Shown: piece by piece, positions 1 through 9,269 of the stretch
How the letters are laid out: every line of letters begins with the position of its first letter
Numbering within the stretch: position 1 is the stretch's first letter
Assembly (NCBI RefSeq): GCF_000025685.1
Contig: NC_013964.1
Span: forward strand, 120,001 to 152,000
Length of the DNA stretch: 32,000 bases
DNA from: Haloferax volcanii DS2
GTDB taxonomy: Archaea > Halobacteriota > Halobacteria > Halobacteriales > Haloferacaceae
Direction of reading: 5' to 3'
Translations under genes and position numbers: made by a program
Notes under the pieces: generated by a model
Databases searched by the model: none
What the model was told of the DNA's origin: nothing
The model's input: only the letters and a program-made list of their open reading frames with translations

Positions 1-539
1 ACGCGAACGCGGTCTACCAGACGACCGGCGCGCCGCAGGCGTGGCTCGACGGCGAGGGCCACACCGTCACCCGCGCGCCGCTTCCGGACAGCCCGTCGGG
101 GAGCTTCGAACCCCGCGACCTGCTCCTGCAGAACGCGCAGGGCTTCATGCTCGGCAACGGCACCGACTCGGAGGCCGAACTGCAGGCCGCCTTCGACTTC
201 ACCGAGTGGTGGAACTCCGAAGAACAGCTCGCGCCGTGGACCTACGACGCCGAGAACGACGTGGGCATCCGCGGGCGCGTCCCGACGCTCGAAAGCGCCT
301 TCGAGGACCCGAGCGACCTCTTCCGGAGCCAGTTCGGCGACCTCGTGACGCTGTACGAGAACGACGACCTGTTCACGCGCACCTCGCGGTTCCCGTCGTT
401 CTCGGGCATCGCGTCGGTCCAGAGCATCATCAACACCGAGGTCATCCAGCCGGTCGTCCTCGGCAACGCGACGGCAGAGGAGGCCTGTAGCGCCGCCAAC
501 GAATCGGTTCAGGAAGTCATCGACGAGGAGCTGGCCTGA
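1..539 (+). CDS. ABC transporter extracellular solute-binding protein, C-terminal part (5' end lies outside the window)
   Basis: Frame 3 is open from nt 3 to the TGA at 537-539, so the ORF-track Met at 147 is internal. Composition is acidic. The gene sits directly upstream of two MalF/MalG-type permeases and a MalK-type ATPase, which is the usual binding-protein position. The family call rests on context only. Confidence 0.7.
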   Translation, partial: ANAVYQTTGAPQAWLDGEGHTVTRAPLPDSPSGSFEPRDLLLQNAQGFMLGNGTDSEAELQAAFDFTEWWNSEEQLAPWTYDAENDVGIRGRVPTLESAFEDPSDLFRSQFGDLVTLYENDDLFTRTSRFPSFSGIASVQSIINTEVIQPVVLGNATAEEACSAANESVQEVIDEELA

Positions 540-597
540 CGATGCGACTCGAACCGTCGCTCGAACGACGGCGGCCCAACGGCGGTGAGTTACGACC

Positions 598-1524
598 ATG
601 AGTTACTCGAAGCAGGCGAGGGGCTCGTTCGAGAGCGTCTCCAAGCGGATTCCGGAGGGCGTCAAGGTGTACCTCCCGGTCCTGCCGGTGACGGCGCTCG
701 TCGGGCTGTTCATCCTCTACCCCATCGCGCAGGCGATCTATTCGAGCTTCTTCAACAAGGACCTGCTCGCGCCCAGCGAGGCCGAGTTTATCGGACTGGC
801 GAACTACGCCGAAATCTGGTCGAATCCGACTATCCATCAGGTGCTGTGGAACACGCTCATCTGGGTCGTCGTCGGCAGTTCCGCCGCTATCGTCCTCGGC
901 TTCCTGATGGGTTGGCTCCTCCACGAGAAACTGCCGTACACGAGCGTCGCGAGCGCAATCGTGCTCATCCCGTGGGTCCTCCCGCGGGTCGTCGGCGCGT
1001 CCATCTGGCAGTTCATGTTCGGCGGGTCGCAGGGCATCATCAACGAACTGCTCGTCCAGCTCGGCGTCATCGACGAGTACATCGTCATGCTCGGCTCGAC
1101 GGAGCTCTCGCTGTGGCCGCCCATCATCGGGATGATTTGGCGGCTCGCACCGCTTTTCGCGCTGTTGACGCTCACGTCCCTGCAGGGCATCGACGAGCAT
1201 CTCTACGAGGCCGCGCGCATGGACGGCGCGACGCCGTGGGAGCAGTTCCGGTTCATCACCATCCCGATGATGCGGTACAACCTCGCCATCGGGTTCCTCC
1301 TGATGCTCATCTACAACATCAGGAACTTCTCGATGATTTGGGTGATGACGAAGGGCGGCCCCGGCGTCTCCAGTAGCACGCTCCCGGTCATGATCTACCG
1401 GACGGCGTTCGTCGACTTCGACGTGGGGCTGGCGTCGGCGCTGTCGCTCATCCTGTTCGTCGTCCTGCTCGTGTTCTCGTACTACTACATTCAGGTGTAC
1501 GACCAAGTGCGGGGTGACGTCTGA
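598..1524 (+). CDS. Sugar ABC transporter permease (MalF/UgpA type, CUT1 family)
   Basis: 308-aa ORF with multiple hydrophobic spans. EAA loop is EAARMDGATPWEQFRFITIP. Confidence 0.9.
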   Translation: MSYSKQARGSFESVSKRIPEGVKVYLPVLPVTALVGLFILYPIAQAIYSSFFNKDLLAPSEAEFIGLANYAEIWSNPTIHQVLWNTLIWVVVGSSAAIVLGFLMGWLLHEKLPYTSVASAIVLIPWVLPRVVGASIWQFMFGGSQGIINELLVQLGVIDEYIVMLGSTELSLWPPIIGMIWRLAPLFALLTLTSLQGIDEHLYEAARMDGATPWEQFRFITIPMMRYNLAIGFLLMLIYNIRNFSMIWVMTKGGPGVSSSTLPVMIYRTAFVDFDVGLASALSLILFVVLLVFSYYYIQVYDQVRGDV

Positions 1525-2489
1525 TGGCGGCGAAAGACCCCGACACGGCCGCCGAGTTCCGGCGGAACGAGTCGTGGCTGTTCGACACCACGGCGGGCGC
1601 GTACGTCCGCAAGACGGCGGTTTCGCTCCTGACGCTCGTCGTCTTCGCGTTCGTCCTCTTCCCGCTGTACTGGATGGTCGTGACGGCGTTCAAGACCACC
1701 GCGGAGATTCAGCAGATTCCGCCGACGGTGTTCCCGAACGATTTCTCGTTGGAGGGCTTCCGGCTCGTCGTCGAGTCGTCGATTCAGGCGGGCGGCTACA
1801 CCTCGCTTTTCGCTAACCTGTTCGGCTGGCAGGCGTCGTCGGCCATCGACATCGACATCCTGTCGCTCGTGCTGAACAGCCTGAAAGTCGCGATCGGCGC
1901 GGGCGCAATCGCGCTCGTCTTCGGGACGGCCGCGTCGTACGTGCTCTCGCGCCGCGACTTCGCCGGGAAGAACGCGCTCATGAGCATCTTCCTCGCGTCG
2001 CTGATGTTCCCCGGGACCGCCATCATGGTCCCCGAGTGGGAACTCGTCTCGGCGCTCGGCCTGTTCAACACGCACCTCGTGTTGATCTTCATCTACGGCG
2101 CGATGACCGCGCCGTTCGTCGTCTGGCTGATGAAGGGTTTCTTCGACGACTTCCCGGACTCGATTATCGAGGCCTCCCGCATCGACCAGTGTAGCTCGAT
2201 AGAGACGTTCTGGTACGTCATCGTCCCGATGGCGCGGAACTCGCTCATCGCGTCGTTCATCTTCGCGTTCCTCCTCGCGTGGAACGAGTTGGTGTTCGCG
2301 CTGACGCTCCTCGACAACTCGCGGTACACGGTTCCGCCGGGACTCCTGACGTTCGTACAGGGGTTCAACACCCAGTGGAACGTCGTCGCCGCGGCCTCGA
2401 TTATCATCTCGCTTCCCGTCCTGCTCGGACTGGCCTACATCCAGCGCTACTTCGTGCAGGGGCTCACCGGCGGCGCGATTAAGGGATAA
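1524..2489 (+). CDS. Sugar ABC transporter permease (MalG/UgpE type, CUT1 family)
   Basis: 321-aa ORF. The ATG overlaps the upstream stop (TGATG at 1522-1526), indicating translational coupling. EAA-like loop is EASRIDQCSSIETFWYVIVP. Confidence 0.9.
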   Translation: MAAKDPDTAAEFRRNESWLFDTTAGAYVRKTAVSLLTLVVFAFVLFPLYWMVVTAFKTTAEIQQIPPTVFPNDFSLEGFRLVVESSIQAGGYTSLFANLFGWQASSAIDIDILSLVLNSLKVAIGAGAIALVFGTAASYVLSRRDFAGKNALMSIFLASLMFPGTAIMVPEWELVSALGLFNTHLVLIFIYGAMTAPFVVWLMKGFFDDFPDSIIEASRIDQCSSIETFWYVIVPMARNSLIASFIFAFLLAWNELVFALTLLDNSRYTVPPGLLTFVQGFNTQWNVVAAASIIISLPVLLGLAYIQRYFVQGLTGGAIKG

Positions 2490-2584
2490 TACCCTTCGCC
2501 CGCCGTCTCTCGGTGCCGCACGTCGCGGTCAATTTTCGTCGTCAGTCGCTAGGTTTAAGGGGTGTTCTACGGTAATGTTTTACA

Positions 2585-3766
2585 ATGACACACCTAACAG
2601 TAGACGGTGTCACGAAGATTTTCGGCGACCCCGACAAGGACGGTGTCGTCGCAGTCGACGACCTCGACATCGACGTCGAAGACGGGGAGTTTCTCGTTTT
2701 GCTCGGCCCGAGCGGGTGCGGGAAGACGACGACGCTCCGGATGATCGGCGGACTGGAGACGCCGACCTCCGGTGAAATTCGCTTCGACGACGTCGTCGTC
2801 AACGACATCAAAGCCCGAAACCGCGACGTGGCGATGGTGTTCCAGGACTTCGCGCTCTACCCGCATATGACCGTCCGGGAGAACCTCGGGTTCGGCCTCA
2901 AGCGGGAGGACAACGGCATGTCGACGGCGGACGTCAACGAGCGGGTCGAGGAGGTGGCGACGATGCTCGAAATCGAACAGCTCCTGAACAACAAGCCCGC
3001 ACAGCTCTCGGGCGGACAGAAACAGCGCGTCGCGCTCGGCCGGGCTATCATCCGCGAGCCGCGGCTGTTCCTCTTCGACGAGCCGCTTGCGAACCTCGAC
3101 GCGAAGCTCCGCAAGACGATGCGGACCGAAATCGACGAACTGCAGTCCGAGGTCGGCATCACCTCCGCGTACGTCACCCACAACCAGGAGGAGGCGATGA
3201 CAATCGCCGACAAAATCGCCGTCCTCAACGACGGCGCGCTCCAGCAGTTGGGTCGCCCGGAGGAGGTGTTCAACGAACCGGCGAACCTCTTCGTCGCGCA
3301 GTTCGTCGGCAGTCCGGACATGAACATCTACGACGGCGTCGTCGAGGAGGCCGCCGACGGCGTTCGCGTCGAACTCGACGGCGTGAGCTTCGAACTGCCG
3401 AGCGACGCCCTCGACGCGGAGGTCCCGCCCGGCGGCGTCAACGTCGGCTTCCGGCCGCAGGACTTCTACCAGACGGGCAAGCGGCGCGCCGACGGACTGA
3501 CCTTCGACGTCGATATCCGCGTCATCGAGCCGGTCGGAACGAAAGCCATCGTTCACGGCGACGGCCCCATGGGCGACGTCACCGCCGAAATCGGCGAGTT
3601 CCACGGGCTATCGGCCGGCGACACGCTGTCGCTTTCTATCGCGCCCGAACACGTCTACCTGTTCGAGGCCGAGACGGAGGCACTGCGCAAGGGCCGGCGT
3701 ATCGAGAACCGGGCGTCCGTCCAATCGCAGTCCCAGTCGTCGGAGTCGGACGGCGTCGAAATATAA
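2585..3766 (+). CDS. ABC transporter ATP-binding protein (MalK/UgpC type with C-terminal regulatory domain)
   Basis: Walker A GPSGCGKTT, signature LSGGQKQR, Walker B LFLFDEP, H-loop YVTHNQ. A roughly 150-aa C-terminal extension is typical of MalK-like ATPases. Confidence 0.95.
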   Translation: MTHLTVDGVTKIFGDPDKDGVVAVDDLDIDVEDGEFLVLLGPSGCGKTTTLRMIGGLETPTSGEIRFDDVVVNDIKARNRDVAMVFQDFALYPHMTVRENLGFGLKREDNGMSTADVNERVEEVATMLEIEQLLNNKPAQLSGGQKQRVALGRAIIREPRLFLFDEPLANLDAKLRKTMRTEIDELQSEVGITSAYVTHNQEEAMTIADKIAVLNDGALQQLGRPEEVFNEPANLFVAQFVGSPDMNIYDGVVEEAADGVRVELDGVSFELPSDALDAEVPPGGVNVGFRPQDFYQTGKRRADGLTFDVDIRVIEPVGTKAIVHGDGPMGDVTAEIGEFHGLSAGDTLSLSIAPEHVYLFEAETEALRKGRRIENRASVQSQSQSSESDGVEI

Positions 3767-3934
3767 CTCGGCGCGACTGCCCCCATCGAACGTCAGCGGG
3801 CGTGGTGTCTCGCGGCACCCAGAGCCGCGGCTTCAGCCGCGCTACCGCCGAAATTCTCCGCCCGCACCCAAACATATTAATCGGTGTGTTCACATGATGT
3901 AAAACGAGACGAACCCACACGGTTATTCGCAACT

Positions 3935-4969
3935 ATGAAAGCCATCATTCAGACCGGGCCGCGCTCGGTAGAGACACAGGAGCGGGAGGTTCCCACTCCC
4001 GGCGCAGACGAACTGCTCATCAAGGTCCACACCGCGGGACTCTGCGGGAGCGACGCTCACGCCTACAAGTACGACGGCGGCTACGAGTGGATTCCCATCC
4101 CGCGAATCATGGGCCACGAGTACTCCGGGACGGTCACGGAAGTCGGCGCGAACGTCGAGACGTTCGAGGTCGGCGACAAGGTCGTCGAGGAGCCGATTCA
4201 CGACTGCGGTCACTGCTTCCAGTGTCGGAACGGTCAGCCGAACGTCTGTCAGAACTTCTCCATTACGGGGATGCACCGCGACGGCGCGTACACGGAGTAC
4301 GTCACCGTCACCCCCGAGCACGTCCACGCGGTTCCCGAGGGCGTTCCCCTCCGGCACGCCGCCATCACGGAGCCGACGAGCATCGCCACCCGCGCGGTCC
4401 TCGACCAGTCGGTGACGACGCCCGGCGACAACGTCCTCGTCGAGGGGCCGGGCCCAATCGGCGTCCTCGTCGCCGCCGTCACCGACTCCCTCGGCGCGAA
4501 CGTCGTCGTCTCCGGACTCAGTCAGGACGCGGCGTATCGCCTCCCGCTGCTCGAAGACCTCGGCATCGACACGGTGAACCTCGAAGAAGAAGGCGGCCTC
4601 GATGGGCGGGTCGAGTCGCAGACCGACGGCATCGGCTTCGACGTGGTCTTCGACGCGACGGGTCACCACAGCGGCGTGGTCTCCGGGAACGACGTGGTCC
4701 GCAAGGGCGGCCAAATCGTCGTCGTCGGCATCCCGAACTCGGCTAGCGAACTCAGCCTCACCTCGACCGTCCGCGGCGAGGTCGACATCAACACCTCCTA
4801 CGGCTCGACGTGGACGAACTTCGAGCAGGCGCTTCGCCTGATGGAGCGCGGCGAAATCGCGGTCGAGAAGATTCTCGACACCTCTTACAGCGTCGACGAC
4901 CCCGCCGCGGCGTTCGAAGCGTTCCTCGGTTCGGAGACCTGCAAGCCGGTCTTCCAGTTCGACGGCTGA
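3935..4969 (+). CDS. Zn-dependent medium-chain dehydrogenase/reductase (threonine/sorbitol-dehydrogenase-like); candidate sugar 1-dehydrogenase
   Basis: Start chosen at ATG 3935 (MKAIIQTGP), inside the longer 3884 ORF. Catalytic-Zn motifs CGSDAH and GHEYSG, structural-Zn Cys cluster CGHCFQCRNGQPNVC, Rossmann GPGPIG. Confidence 0.9.
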   Translation: MKAIIQTGPRSVETQEREVPTPGADELLIKVHTAGLCGSDAHAYKYDGGYEWIPIPRIMGHEYSGTVTEVGANVETFEVGDKVVEEPIHDCGHCFQCRNGQPNVCQNFSITGMHRDGAYTEYVTVTPEHVHAVPEGVPLRHAAITEPTSIATRAVLDQSVTTPGDNVLVEGPGPIGVLVAAVTDSLGANVVVSGLSQDAAYRLPLLEDLGIDTVNLEEEGGLDGRVESQTDGIGFDVVFDATGHHSGVVSGNDVVRKGGQIVVVGIPNSASELSLTSTVRGEVDINTSYGSTWTNFEQALRLMERGEIAVEKILDTSYSVDDPAAAFEAFLGSETCKPVFQFDG

Positions 4970-5056
4970 ACAGCCCCGCATTCCGGCCGCGAACCGCTTG
5001 ACGACAGAAACTATTTTACCCGTGCCGATTAGATGTGAGGTCGTACCAAACAAATC

Positions 5057-6262
5057 ATGGAGATTACAGACATCTCAGCGACGAAAATCAGCAACGAGTC
5101 GTGGGGCGAGTTCATCGAGTTCCCGCTCGTCACCATCATGTCGAAGTACGACGAGTACCGCAACGTCGACGGTGAGAACCCGCAGGCCCGCCGCAAGTGG
5201 ATGGGCCCCGTGGGCGACGTGGTGGTCGAGGTCGAGACGGACGCGGGCATCACCGGCGTCGGCGTCGGTAACTGGGGTACCGGAGCCATCGCCACCGTCG
5301 TCGAGGAGACGCTGTCGAAAATCGTGGTCGGGGAAGACCCGATGCAGCGCGAACTCCTCTGGGAGCAGATGTACCGCGCCACGCTCCCGTTCGGCCGGAA
5401 GGGCGTCGCGGTCATGGCCATCAGCGCGGTCGACCAGGCGCTGTGGGACATCGCCGGGAAGGACGCCGGCAAGCCGGTGTACGAACTGCTCGGCGGCCCC
5501 ACCAAAGACGAGATTCCCGCCTACGCGTCGAACCTCCACCCCGTCGACATGGAGAAGCTCGAACGCGAGGCGGTCCAGTACGTCGAGGAGGGCTTCGACG
5601 CGATGAAACTCCGCTTCCTCCACGGCCCCGAGGACGGCCGCGCGGGCATGAAGAAAAACGAGGAAATCGTCGCGACCGTCCGCGACGCCGTCGGCGACGA
5701 CATCGAAATCGCGGGCGACGCCTACATGGGCTGGTCGGTCAAGTACGCAAAGGAGATGACCCAGCGCCTCGGCAAGTACGACATGGCGTGGGTCGAAGAG
5801 CCTGTCATCGCCGACGACATCTCCGGCTACGCCGAGGTCCGCGAGGCCGCGCCGATGCCGATTTCGGGCGGCGAACACGAGTTCACCCGCTGGGGCCACG
5901 AGGACCTCCTCGAAGAAGGTGCGGTCGACATCCTCCAGCCCGACGTGGGTCGCGTCGGCGGTATCACGGAACTCCAGAAGGTCGCCGACATGGCCGAGGT
6001 CCACGACGTGCCCGTCATCCCGCACGCCGGCACGAACCCGACGCTCCACGCCATCGCCGGTCACACGAACATGCCGATGGCGGAGTACTTCCCGACTCCC
6101 GAGTGGTTCGAGGAGCGCCAGGAGAAACGCGAGTCGACCTACGCCGACGCCATCTTCCAGAACCCGCCGTCGCCGGAGAACGGGTCGATCCCGCTGCCCG
6201 ACGAGCCCGGCGTCAGCACGCAACTGAACCGCGAGGCGCTCGAACACTTCGCCATCGAGTAA
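5057..6262 (+). CDS. Enolase-superfamily sugar-acid dehydratase, L-rhamnonate dehydratase-like
   Basis: 401 aa. The N-terminal part (IMSKYDEY, VVVEVETDAGITGVG, AISAVDQALWDIAGK..PVYELLGG) aligns by eye with E. coli RhmD/YfaW as I remember it. Acidic-ligand regions are AGDAYMGW, WVEEP and SGGEHE. Confidence 0.85.
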   Translation: MEITDISATKISNESWGEFIEFPLVTIMSKYDEYRNVDGENPQARRKWMGPVGDVVVEVETDAGITGVGVGNWGTGAIATVVEETLSKIVVGEDPMQRELLWEQMYRATLPFGRKGVAVMAISAVDQALWDIAGKDAGKPVYELLGGPTKDEIPAYASNLHPVDMEKLEREAVQYVEEGFDAMKLRFLHGPEDGRAGMKKNEEIVATVRDAVGDDIEIAGDAYMGWSVKYAKEMTQRLGKYDMAWVEEPVIADDISGYAEVREAAPMPISGGEHEFTRWGHEDLLEEGAVDILQPDVGRVGGITELQKVADMAEVHDVPVIPHAGTNPTLHAIAGHTNMPMAEYFPTPEWFEERQEKRESTYADAIFQNPPSPENGSIPLPDEPGVSTQLNREALEHFAIE

Positions 6263-6264
6263 CG

Positions 6265-7293
6265 ATGTCGGACATCAGCTTCGAGTACAACGTCCCCGTC
6301 TTCGCCGGCGCGCCCGACGAGGGGACCGAGCCGACGCACCGCGACACCCCGCAGTACGAGGCGCTCGACTGGGTGACGACCAAGATGGGCGTCCAGAAGG
6401 CGGAGGAACTCGGCTTCGACGCGGTGTGGGCACCAGACCACCTGCTGTTGGGCCGCGACCACGCCGAGTACGAATGTTGGACGCTGCTGTCGGCCATCGC
6501 CGGCTTCACCGAGGACATCAACCTCGGCTCGCTCGTCCTCTGTAACGACTACCGCAACCCGGCGCTCGTCGCCAAGATGGCGGCCACGCTCGACGTGATT
6601 TCCGACGGGCGGCTGGAACTCGGCCTCGGCGCGGGCTGGCACGAACCGGAGTACGACGCCTACGGTTGGGAGTACCGCGACGGCTTCGAGCGCCTGATGC
6701 GGCTCGACGAGTCCATTCGTCTCATGAAGCGCATGTGGGCCGCCGGCACCGACGGCGCGAGCTTCGACGGGAAGCACTACCAAATCGAGGACGCCTACTG
6801 CGTCCCCGGTCCCGTGCAGGACCCCCATCCGCCCATCCTCGTCGGCGGGCAGGGTGAGGAGGTCACGCTCAAACTCGTCGCCAAGCACGCCGACGTGTGG
6901 AACACCGACGTGTTCAACGGCGACGTGGAGACGCTCGAACACAAAATCGGCGTCATCGAAGACCACTGCGACACCGTCGGCCGCGACCCCGACGACATCG
7001 AGTACTCGTGGGACGGCCACGTTATCTGCACCCGCGACGAGGAGAAGTTCGACCGCCTGCTCGACCTGATGACGCCCATCCAGTTCGAAGCGGAGTATCA
7101 GGACCAAGCGCCCATCGTGACCGAGGAAGACGCTCGGGAGTACTTCATCATGGGAACGCCCGAGGAGTGCGCGGAGGCCATCGAGCGCCGCATCGACGCC
7201 GGCGTGACGAAGTTCCAAGGCTGGTTCATCGACTTCCCCGACACCGGCGGCATGGAACTGTTCGCGGACGAAGTCATCCCGCAGTTCAGCTGA
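6265..7293 (+). CDS. LLM-class (luciferase-like) flavin/F420-dependent oxidoreductase
   Basis: 342 aa from ATG 6265, 2 nt after the dehydratase stop. The upstream part of the 616-aa ORF is an out-of-frame overlap artefact. Motifs GFDAVWAPDH and NPALVAKMAATLDVISDGRLELGLGAGW. Paralogue of 22343-23296. Confidence 0.85.
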   Translation: MSDISFEYNVPVFAGAPDEGTEPTHRDTPQYEALDWVTTKMGVQKAEELGFDAVWAPDHLLLGRDHAEYECWTLLSAIAGFTEDINLGSLVLCNDYRNPALVAKMAATLDVISDGRLELGLGAGWHEPEYDAYGWEYRDGFERLMRLDESIRLMKRMWAAGTDGASFDGKHYQIEDAYCVPGPVQDPHPPILVGGQGEEVTLKLVAKHADVWNTDVFNGDVETLEHKIGVIEDHCDTVGRDPDDIEYSWDGHVICTRDEEKFDRLLDLMTPIQFEAEYQDQAPIVTEEDAREYFIMGTPEECAEAIERRIDAGVTKFQGWFIDFPDTGGMELFADEVIPQFS

Positions 7294-7380
7294 GACGCCC
7301 CGCGGGTCGCGCTCGCGTCTCCCTCGGGCACTCGTTTTCTTTTTGCCACCCTCGCATCATACGTCTACCTGACTACTCGC

Positions 7381-7421
7381 AATATCTGAATCATCTAAAT
7401 TATTTAGACAATTCAGATATT
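7381..7421. promoter_or_regulatory. 41-bp AT-rich near-perfect palindrome (candidate operator or bidirectional terminator) upstream of the IclR gene
   Basis: AATATCTGAATCATCTAAAT-T-ATTTAGACAATTCAGATATT. The arms are complementary except for one central dinucleotide (18/20). It lies in the 215-bp AT-rich gap between the LLM gene and the IclR gene. Confidence 0.5.
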
Positions 7422-7508
7422 CCTCACATCGGCTCGTCGCTCGTAACGGCTACGCTATTTCCGGCCATAGCGGAAAGACATTTCAGGGATGAGGATTCAT
7501 AACCAACT

Positions 7509-8267
7509 ATGGCGAAGGACGTTCCGGTCAACGCGGTCAAAATCTCGCTCGAACTCGTCGACCTCCTGCGGGAACTCGACGGGGCGGGCGTCTCGGAGGT
7601 AGCCAAGCGACTGGACAAGCCGACCAGCACGATTCACGACCACCTGCGGACGCTGGAGCAACAGGAGTACCTCGTCAAGGAGGGCGACACCTACTACGTC
7701 AGCACGCGATTCCTCCAATTGGGCGCGCACGCGCGCTCTCGACAGAAGGTGTTCAACATCGCCCGCCCCGAGATAAACGAACTCGCGCAGGTGACCGGCG
7801 AGCACGCGAATCTGATGATCGAGGAACACGGTATCGGCGTCTTTCTGTACCGCTCGCGGGGTCCCGACGCCGTTCGTCTAGACACCCACGCCGGGATGCG
7901 CGTCCCGTTGCAGACGACGGCGCTCGGGAAGTCTATCATGGCGAACCGGCCGCGGGAGGAAGTCGAGGGCATCTTGGACCGCCACGGACTGGAGGCGGTG
8001 ACCGACCGCTCTATCACCGACCGCGAGGAACTGTTCGACGTGTTGGAGCAGGTCCGCGAGCGCGGTTACTCCTACGACGACGAAGAACGGGTCAAGGGCA
8101 TGCGCTGTGTGGCCGCGCCGATACTCAACGAGGACGACTACGCCATCGCCGCCGTGAGCGTCTCGGGGCCGAAAAGCCGGATGCGCGAGGAGCGCTTTAC
8201 CGAGGAGTTGCCGAACCAGATTCTCAAGAGCGCGAACGTCATCGAGGTGAACCTCACGTACTCGTAG
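7509..8267 (+). CDS. IclR-family transcriptional regulator
   Basis: 252 aa. N-terminal wHTH (GAGVSEVAKRLDKPTSTIHDHLRTLEQQEYLV) and C-terminal IclR effector domain (GMRCVAAPI..AAVSVSGP). Confidence 0.9.
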   Translation: MAKDVPVNAVKISLELVDLLRELDGAGVSEVAKRLDKPTSTIHDHLRTLEQQEYLVKEGDTYYVSTRFLQLGAHARSRQKVFNIARPEINELAQVTGEHANLMIEEHGIGVFLYRSRGPDAVRLDTHAGMRVPLQTTALGKSIMANRPREEVEGILDRHGLEAVTDRSITDREELFDVLEQVRERGYSYDDEERVKGMRCVAAPILNEDDYAIAAVSVSGPKSRMREERFTEELPNQILKSANVIEVNLTYS

Positions 8268-8366
8268 TCGGCGGGTCGGCGGCCTCGGGCCGCCCGCCTC
8301 GCTCCCGTCGTCGCAATGCTGCGTAGAGCGCAACAGTTACGTACCACGGTGTGACAGAGTGTAACG

Positions 8367-9218
8367 ATGCAACTCGTTCGATACACCGCGGGCGGTGCTC
8401 CCGAGTGGGGCGTCCGCCGCGACGACGATGTCGTCCCGCTTTCCGGCCTCCGCGAAGACGTGACCGTCCAGAACCTCAACAGCCCCGGCTTCCTCACCGT
8501 CGTCGAGGACGCCGCGGACGCCGCCGAGGACCAGTCGGTCCCCGTCGAGGACGTAAAGCTCCTCGCGCCCGTGCCGCGCCCCGGTAAAATCGTCTGCGTC
8601 GGCCTCAACTACCACGACCACGCCGAAGAACAGGACGAGGAAGTTCCCGAACGCCCGCTCCTGTTCGGGAAGGCCGGCACGTCCGTCACGAACCCCGGCG
8701 ACCCCATCGTCCACCCGGCGGCCATCGACGAGGTAGACTACGAGGTCGAACTCGGCGTCGTCATCGGGCAGACGGCCAAGAACGTCGACGCCGAGGACGC
8801 TTTCGACTACGTCGCGGGCTACACCGCCATCAACGACGTGAGCGGCCGCGACGCGCAGTTCGACGACGGGCAGTTCTTCCGCGGCAAGAGCTACGACACG
8901 TTCGCCCCGATGGGGCCGACGTTCGTCCCCGAGGGCGACGTCGACCCGCACGACCTCGACGTCGCCTGCCGCGTCAACGGCGAGACGAAACAGGAGTCCA
9001 ACACCTCCGAGTTCATCTTCGGCGTCGACGAGGTCGTCGAGTACATCAGCGGCATCACGACGCTCCGCCCGGGCGACGTCATCTCCACCGGCACGCCCGG
9101 CGGCGTCGGCATCTTCCGCGACCCGCCGGAACTGCTCGAACCGGGCGACAGCGTCGACGTGGAAATCGAGGGCATCGGCACGCTCACCAACCCGGTCGTC
9201 TCCGAGCGCGACGAGTAA
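8367..9218 (+). CDS. Fumarylacetoacetate-hydrolase (FAH) family protein; candidate 2,4-diketo-3-deoxy-sugar-acid hydrolase
   Basis: 283 aa. Motifs GLNYHDHAEE, DYEVELGVVIG and GDVISTGTPGGVG. Confidence 0.9.
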   Translation: MQLVRYTAGGAPEWGVRRDDDVVPLSGLREDVTVQNLNSPGFLTVVEDAADAAEDQSVPVEDVKLLAPVPRPGKIVCVGLNYHDHAEEQDEEVPERPLLFGKAGTSVTNPGDPIVHPAAIDEVDYEVELGVVIGQTAKNVDAEDAFDYVAGYTAINDVSGRDAQFDDGQFFRGKSYDTFAPMGPTFVPEGDVDPHDLDVACRVNGETKQESNTSEFIFGVDEVVEYISGITTLRPGDVISTGTPGGVGIFRDPPELLEPGDSVDVEIEGIGTLTNPVVSERDE

Positions 9219-9238
9219 CCGCCCGCCGTACAGCACAA

Positions 9239-9247
9239 TTATTTATA
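9239..9247 (+). promoter_or_regulatory. TATA box (TTATTTATA) for the SDR gene
   Basis: The only AT-rich element in the 51-bp gap. It is centred about 27 bp upstream of ATG 9270, the spacing expected for a leaderless haloarchaeal mRNA. Confidence 0.5.
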
Positions 9248-9269
9248 GGATATCCCGGTACTACCGACT

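Noticed and set aside
5443-6264. N-terminal 274 aa of the 616-aa ORF 5443-7293
   Set aside because: It is out of frame over the dehydratase gene and Arg-rich. The recognisable LLM homology begins at ATG 6265, immediately after the dehydratase stop.
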